The notes beneath the pieces are model-generated. The model searched no databases and had not been told where the DNA came from. It saw only the letters and a program-made list of their open reading frames with translations. Shown one piece after another: positions 61,031-64,000 of a stretch of DNA of 64,000 bases (its first letter is position 1; each line of letters begins with the position of its first letter). The DNA comes from a virus (Duplodnaviria > Heunggongvirae > Uroviricota > Caudoviricetes), in IMG/VR virus record IMGVR_UViG_3300042471_001635; one strand, given 5' to 3'. A program made the translations under genes and the position numbers.

Positions 61031-62215
61031 GTGGAAACGGAGGGAATAAATAATCCTTCTAAAGATTCTCAACAAAGCTTGTATTCTCAGAGTTTTTTGC
61101 CAAACCCTGACCGTTTCTACGGTTGGGGTTTTTTGTTTTCTGAAGTATTTATAAGAAAAAATACGATGTACATAAAAAAACTTTCGCCTCAGGAGGCTTT
61201 GGAAACAATCAAATTGAGAATGAATTATGATTCATCAAAAACTTTGAACGAAAATAAGTTGATAGTCCTCGAACAAAAAGCCAATCTCACAACAAACCAA
61301 CAAGCAGCATTAACTCAAGGTTTTGGTCCTGTGACAGCCAAAGCAGCTGACGATTTAGCTAAACAGGGAAAGTTGAAAACAAACACATTAAAATCTGTTT
61401 TTGGGGGCACTCAAACTCCTACCTCCGCGGTTGATACAAGTACCGCTAACAAACAAACCTCTGACACAGGAGTTGGAAAAGCTATACAACAAGGTGTTCA
61501 AGCGGCAAACCTCAAAATAGATGTATCTTGTATTGGATTCAACGGTGAAGAATATAAAGAAATCACAACAGCTTTAGTAAGCTCTGACGGCATTGGAAAA
61601 CCGGTTCACGTTTGGAGATTTTGGCCTGACGGAAAAGCAATATATGTCGAAAGTGGGGATAAGTATAAGTATACATACAAATGTAGTAAAACTAAACCTG
61701 GTGTTGTTGAAATAACAGATGTTGATTCTTCAGAAGTGGATGAATACAAATTATTTGATAAGAAAAATTCACAAACAGTTGCCCCTAAAAAAGCTGTTCC
61801 AATTCCATCAGAATTGAAAGACATCGAGGGTGTAAAAAAATTCCAAGATTGGTTAGATAAAAACCATGAGGGTTGGCATGACAAATACAAAGTTTTGAAT
61901 AGTAGTGTTCCTAAAGGTTATGGTAAATTTGGTCCGAGAACCAATAAATGGTGGAAACTTGAGGGTCCTGAATTTATAGGTTCAGTTAAACCAACGACAC
62001 AAGCTCCTGATACCACTAAGGCACAAACACAGACCTCCCCAAAAATTGATACAACACCACCAAAAGCTGAAATACCTAAACCCGTAAAAGGCTTTCAAAA
62101 ATTTGCTCAAACTCAATTCGGTGCAAATGGACCTCAAACCACTGCTCAATCGGCAACTGGTGGACCTGCTACCCAAGAAACAAAAAGAGTTGCAAATCAA
62201 GATACTGAATTCTAA
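61031..62215 (+). CDS. Hypothetical protein with T/P/Q-rich C-terminus
   Basis: 394 aa; alternative start MYIKKLSPQE at ~61156. Confidence 0.45.
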   Translation: METEGINNPSKDSQQSLYSQSFLPNPDRFYGWGFLFSEVFIRKNTMYIKKLSPQEALETIKLRMNYDSSKTLNENKLIVLEQKANLTTNQQAALTQGFGPVTAKAADDLAKQGKLKTNTLKSVFGGTQTPTSAVDTSTANKQTSDTGVGKAIQQGVQAANLKIDVSCIGFNGEEYKEITTALVSSDGIGKPVHVWRFWPDGKAIYVESGDKYKYTYKCSKTKPGVVEITDVDSSEVDEYKLFDKKNSQTVAPKKAVPIPSELKDIEGVKKFQDWLDKNHEGWHDKYKVLNSSVPKGYGKFGPRTNKWWKLEGPEFIGSVKPTTQAPDTTKAQTQTSPKIDTTPPKAEIPKPVKGFQKFAQTQFGANGPQTTAQSATGGPATQETKRVANQDTEF

Positions 62216-62244
62216 ATTATTGATAGTCAATTTCTAATAATAAT

Positions 62245-62275
62245 TTTGTAGTCTCACAAAATTAACCTATCTTTG
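62245..62275 (+). promoter_or_regulatory. Bacteroidetes-type promoter (-33 TTTG, 19-nt spacer, -7 TAtcTTTG)
   Basis: tttg(62245-48)...tatctttg(62268-75), 19 nt upstream of the ATG at 62295. Confidence 0.45.
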
Positions 62276-62294
62276 TGTTTCAAAAACACGGGAT

Positions 62295-62837
62295 ATGTTT
62301 GATAAACTTATTGACGTAATAGTAACTTTCATTAATGACATTCTACCTTGGAAAATCGTTGACCAGTGGGAACAAGGAGTTCATCTTAGAACTGGAAAGT
62401 TTCTTAGAGTAGTTATTCCCGGTTTGAATTGGAAAATTCCCTTTTTCGACCAAATTTTAACTACACCTGTCATTACTCAGACAGTAAACCTAAAACCTCA
62501 AACTGTAACATCTTTGGACGAGAGAAGTGTCGTTCTCTCAAGCATTGTTCGTTATCACATCGATGACGTTGAAAAATTTTTGTTGGGTGTAATGCACGCA
62601 AACGATGTTCTAATCGATACAACACAGGGAATTATCAGAGACGTAGTAGAGAGCTCAAACTGGAGCGACCTCTACGAACTTGGTAACACTGTTACACCTG
62701 CTGTTAATAATGAAGTGGAGAAGTGGGGTATTGTGGTGGAACAAATAAGTTTTCCTGACTTAGGGGAAATTGTGACTTATAGGATTATGGGAGACTCCTA
62801 TAAAAATCCATCGGGAATTTTGCCATTAGTAGAGTAA
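62295..62837 (+). CDS. SPFH/Band-7 (stomatin/prohibitin-like) domain protein
   Basis: 180 aa; VDQWEQGVHLRTGKFLRVVIPGLNWKIPFFDQILTTPV...YHIDD pattern typical of SPFH. Confidence 0.55.
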   Translation: MFDKLIDVIVTFINDILPWKIVDQWEQGVHLRTGKFLRVVIPGLNWKIPFFDQILTTPVITQTVNLKPQTVTSLDERSVVLSSIVRYHIDDVEKFLLGVMHANDVLIDTTQGIIRDVVESSNWSDLYELGNTVTPAVNNEVEKWGIVVEQISFPDLGEIVTYRIMGDSYKNPSGILPLVE

Positions 62838-62849
62838 TCTGTATATTTG
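62819..62849 (+). promoter_or_regulatory. Bacteroidetes-type promoter (-33 TTTG, 19-nt spacer, -7 TAtaTTTG) ending 4 nt before the ATG
   Basis: tttg(62819-22)...tatatttg(62842-49) then aacc ATG(62854). Confidence 0.45.
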
Positions 62850-62853
62850 AACC

Positions 62854-63114
62854 ATGAACCAAACAATAAAAATACAACACAAGACACTTGGTGTAATCAC
62901 AGAAGAAACTTTTGTTGACCCAATTCAGTTTAAAATTTTCTTACAAACTGTACATGGATGTCTTACGTCATCAAGTGATTTGGATTTTTTCAACGGTACA
63001 ACCTTTCTCTTACACATTCCATATGAAGTATTGAAAGAAAGTGTTGTTACTACAAAGTTCGCACCTCAAACACTAACTGAAAAATTCATCACTAAATCTT
63101 TAATTGAATCATGA
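62854..63114 (+). CDS. Hypothetical protein
   Basis: 86 aa. Confidence 0.4.
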   Translation: MNQTIKIQHKTLGVITEETFVDPIQFKIFLQTVHGCLTSSSDLDFFNGTTFLLHIPYEVLKESVVTTKFAPQTLTEKFITKSLIES

Positions 63115-63404
63115 TTACAATAGAAAATATCAAGGATTGGTCCCGACCTCACAGCCGCTCTACAGAAGGCAGAAGAACAGTTATCGGGAATGATTTATTT
63201 GATTTCTCAATAGTTGGAGGTGCTAGCGGGCTTTATGGTGATTTCGAAAAAGACTTCGAGGTTGCCGTAATCAATCGTAAAACCAAAGAGTTTATGACAA
63301 ACTTCTTTTTTTCTGTGTCCGATGACGTAATTCCTTACATGGAAGGTCATGAGCTTGTAAAATCATTAAATGAAATTCTCGGAGAAAATTTCCAAGTTAG
63401 ATAA
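63111..63404 (+). CDS. Hypothetical protein
   Basis: 97 aa; ATG overlaps the upstream stop. Confidence 0.4.
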   Translation: MITIENIKDWSRPHSRSTEGRRTVIGNDLFDFSIVGGASGLYGDFEKDFEVAVINRKTKEFMTNFFFSVSDDVIPYMEGHELVKSLNEILGENFQVR

Positions 63405-63436
63405 ACTTGGTGGTGGAGGCGTAAACCAACGCCCTA

Positions 63437-63460
63437 AAGGGACTTCGGTCCCTTTTTTTA
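63437..63460 (+). terminator. Intrinsic terminator with UUCG tetraloop
   Basis: aaagggac ttcg gtcccttt followed by ttttt. Confidence 0.6.
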
Positions 63461-63937
63461 TTCCCACCAAATATAAAAACCACAATTATCGTAAACGTAA
63501 CTACCAGCCTTATCTTTTATACCGTCAATCAATTCGTCCAAATCCCCCCATTCTCCTATACCGACATCATCAATTATCTCTTGAATTGTTGCATAATACT
63601 GAACACCATCCTCGCTTACTGTTAATATTTTTGAATCACCCCATTTACCCTCTGAAATTATACCATTTTCACTTTCGTTTTCATCATAGTATTTTGGGTT
63701 TATATGGATATTACAAAATTCACCCAAACTCAAATCAACATTTATACCGTCTTTTCCTGATATCTTTTCAATTGCTTTTTTACAAAAATCTTTTACACCA
63801 TTTCTTCCTATTTCTTTACTCAAGTCCAATAAAAAATTATCTAAATTATATCCTACCATGTCAGCCAAAGTCCTCATCTTTGGATTTGGATAACCATAAT
63901 TTTTAACAACATTGAGAAATGATTTTACTTCACTCAT
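63458..63937 (-). CDS. Hypothetical protein
   Basis: 159 aa minus-strand ORF; the overlapping +-strand low-complexity ORF 63370-63906 is rejected. Confidence 0.5.
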   Translation of the reverse strand: MSEVKSFLNVVKNYGYPNPKMRTLADMVGYNLDNFLLDLSKEIGRNGVKDFCKKAIEKISGKDGINVDLSLGEFCNIHINPKYYDENESENGIISEGKWGDSKILTVSEDGVQYYATIQEIIDDVGIGEWGDLDELIDGIKDKAGSYVYDNCGFYIWWE

Positions 63938-64000
63938 TTAGGATATTTATATATAAATATTTTGACGTGAGTAATTACCTGATTAATGAAATGCAACTTA

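Noticed and set aside
63370-63906. 178-aa +-strand ORF overlapping the 63458-63937 minus-strand gene
   Set aside because: Low-complexity translation (H/L/Y/P runs) entirely antisense to a better ORF and spanning a terminator hairpin

Overview
This is an AT-rich (roughly 30-35% GC), densely coding segment of a large tailed-phage genome, transcribed mostly on the + strand. The host is probably in Bacteroidetes/Flavobacteriia. The evidence for that is SprB-type repeats in the fibre proteins, several Bacteroidetes-style -33 TTTG / -7 TAnnTTTG promoters, and an Hc1-like histone.

Contents, left to right:
- 1-3.2 kb: a glycan-decoration block with a partial glycosyltransferase-like ORF, a SAM O-methyltransferase, a GT9-like glycosyltransferase and a sulfotransferase.
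- 3.5-11.4 kb: four Thr/Pro-rich (PTQT-repeat) proteins with Cys-rich and SprB-like globular modules.
- 11.4-21.6 kb: a 749-aa structural protein, a RuvC-like resolvase, a T4 gp61-like primase, SbcD/SbcC-like (gp47/gp46) proteins and a KEVPVEKVV-repeat protein.
- 21.7-38.5 kb: a possible T4-endoV-family glycosylase, a sigma-70 family factor, a putative lysis cluster (lipoprotein, 4-TM protein, Amidase_2-like), highly charged K/E-rich proteins, an Hc1-like histone, DnaJ, a Dam methylase, and thioredoxin plus a glutaredoxin-like protein.
- 39.3-47.0 kb: three consecutive collagen-like (G-X-Y) fibre proteins, each ending in a peptidase-S74 intramolecular-chaperone domain.
- 50-59.7 kb: an accessory block with an APS-kinase-like P-loop kinase, HNH, an NMNAT-like nucleotidyltransferase, a beta-class DNA methyltransferase, a DHH-DHHA1 phosphoesterase, DUF192 and NUDIX.
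- 59.8-61.0 kb: a 1.25-kb ORF-free, GC-rich island carrying a tRNA-like 3' half.
- Several intrinsic terminators.

The most notable hypothesis is a phage-encoded sulfation/glycan-decoration system acting on mucin-like TP-rich fibres.
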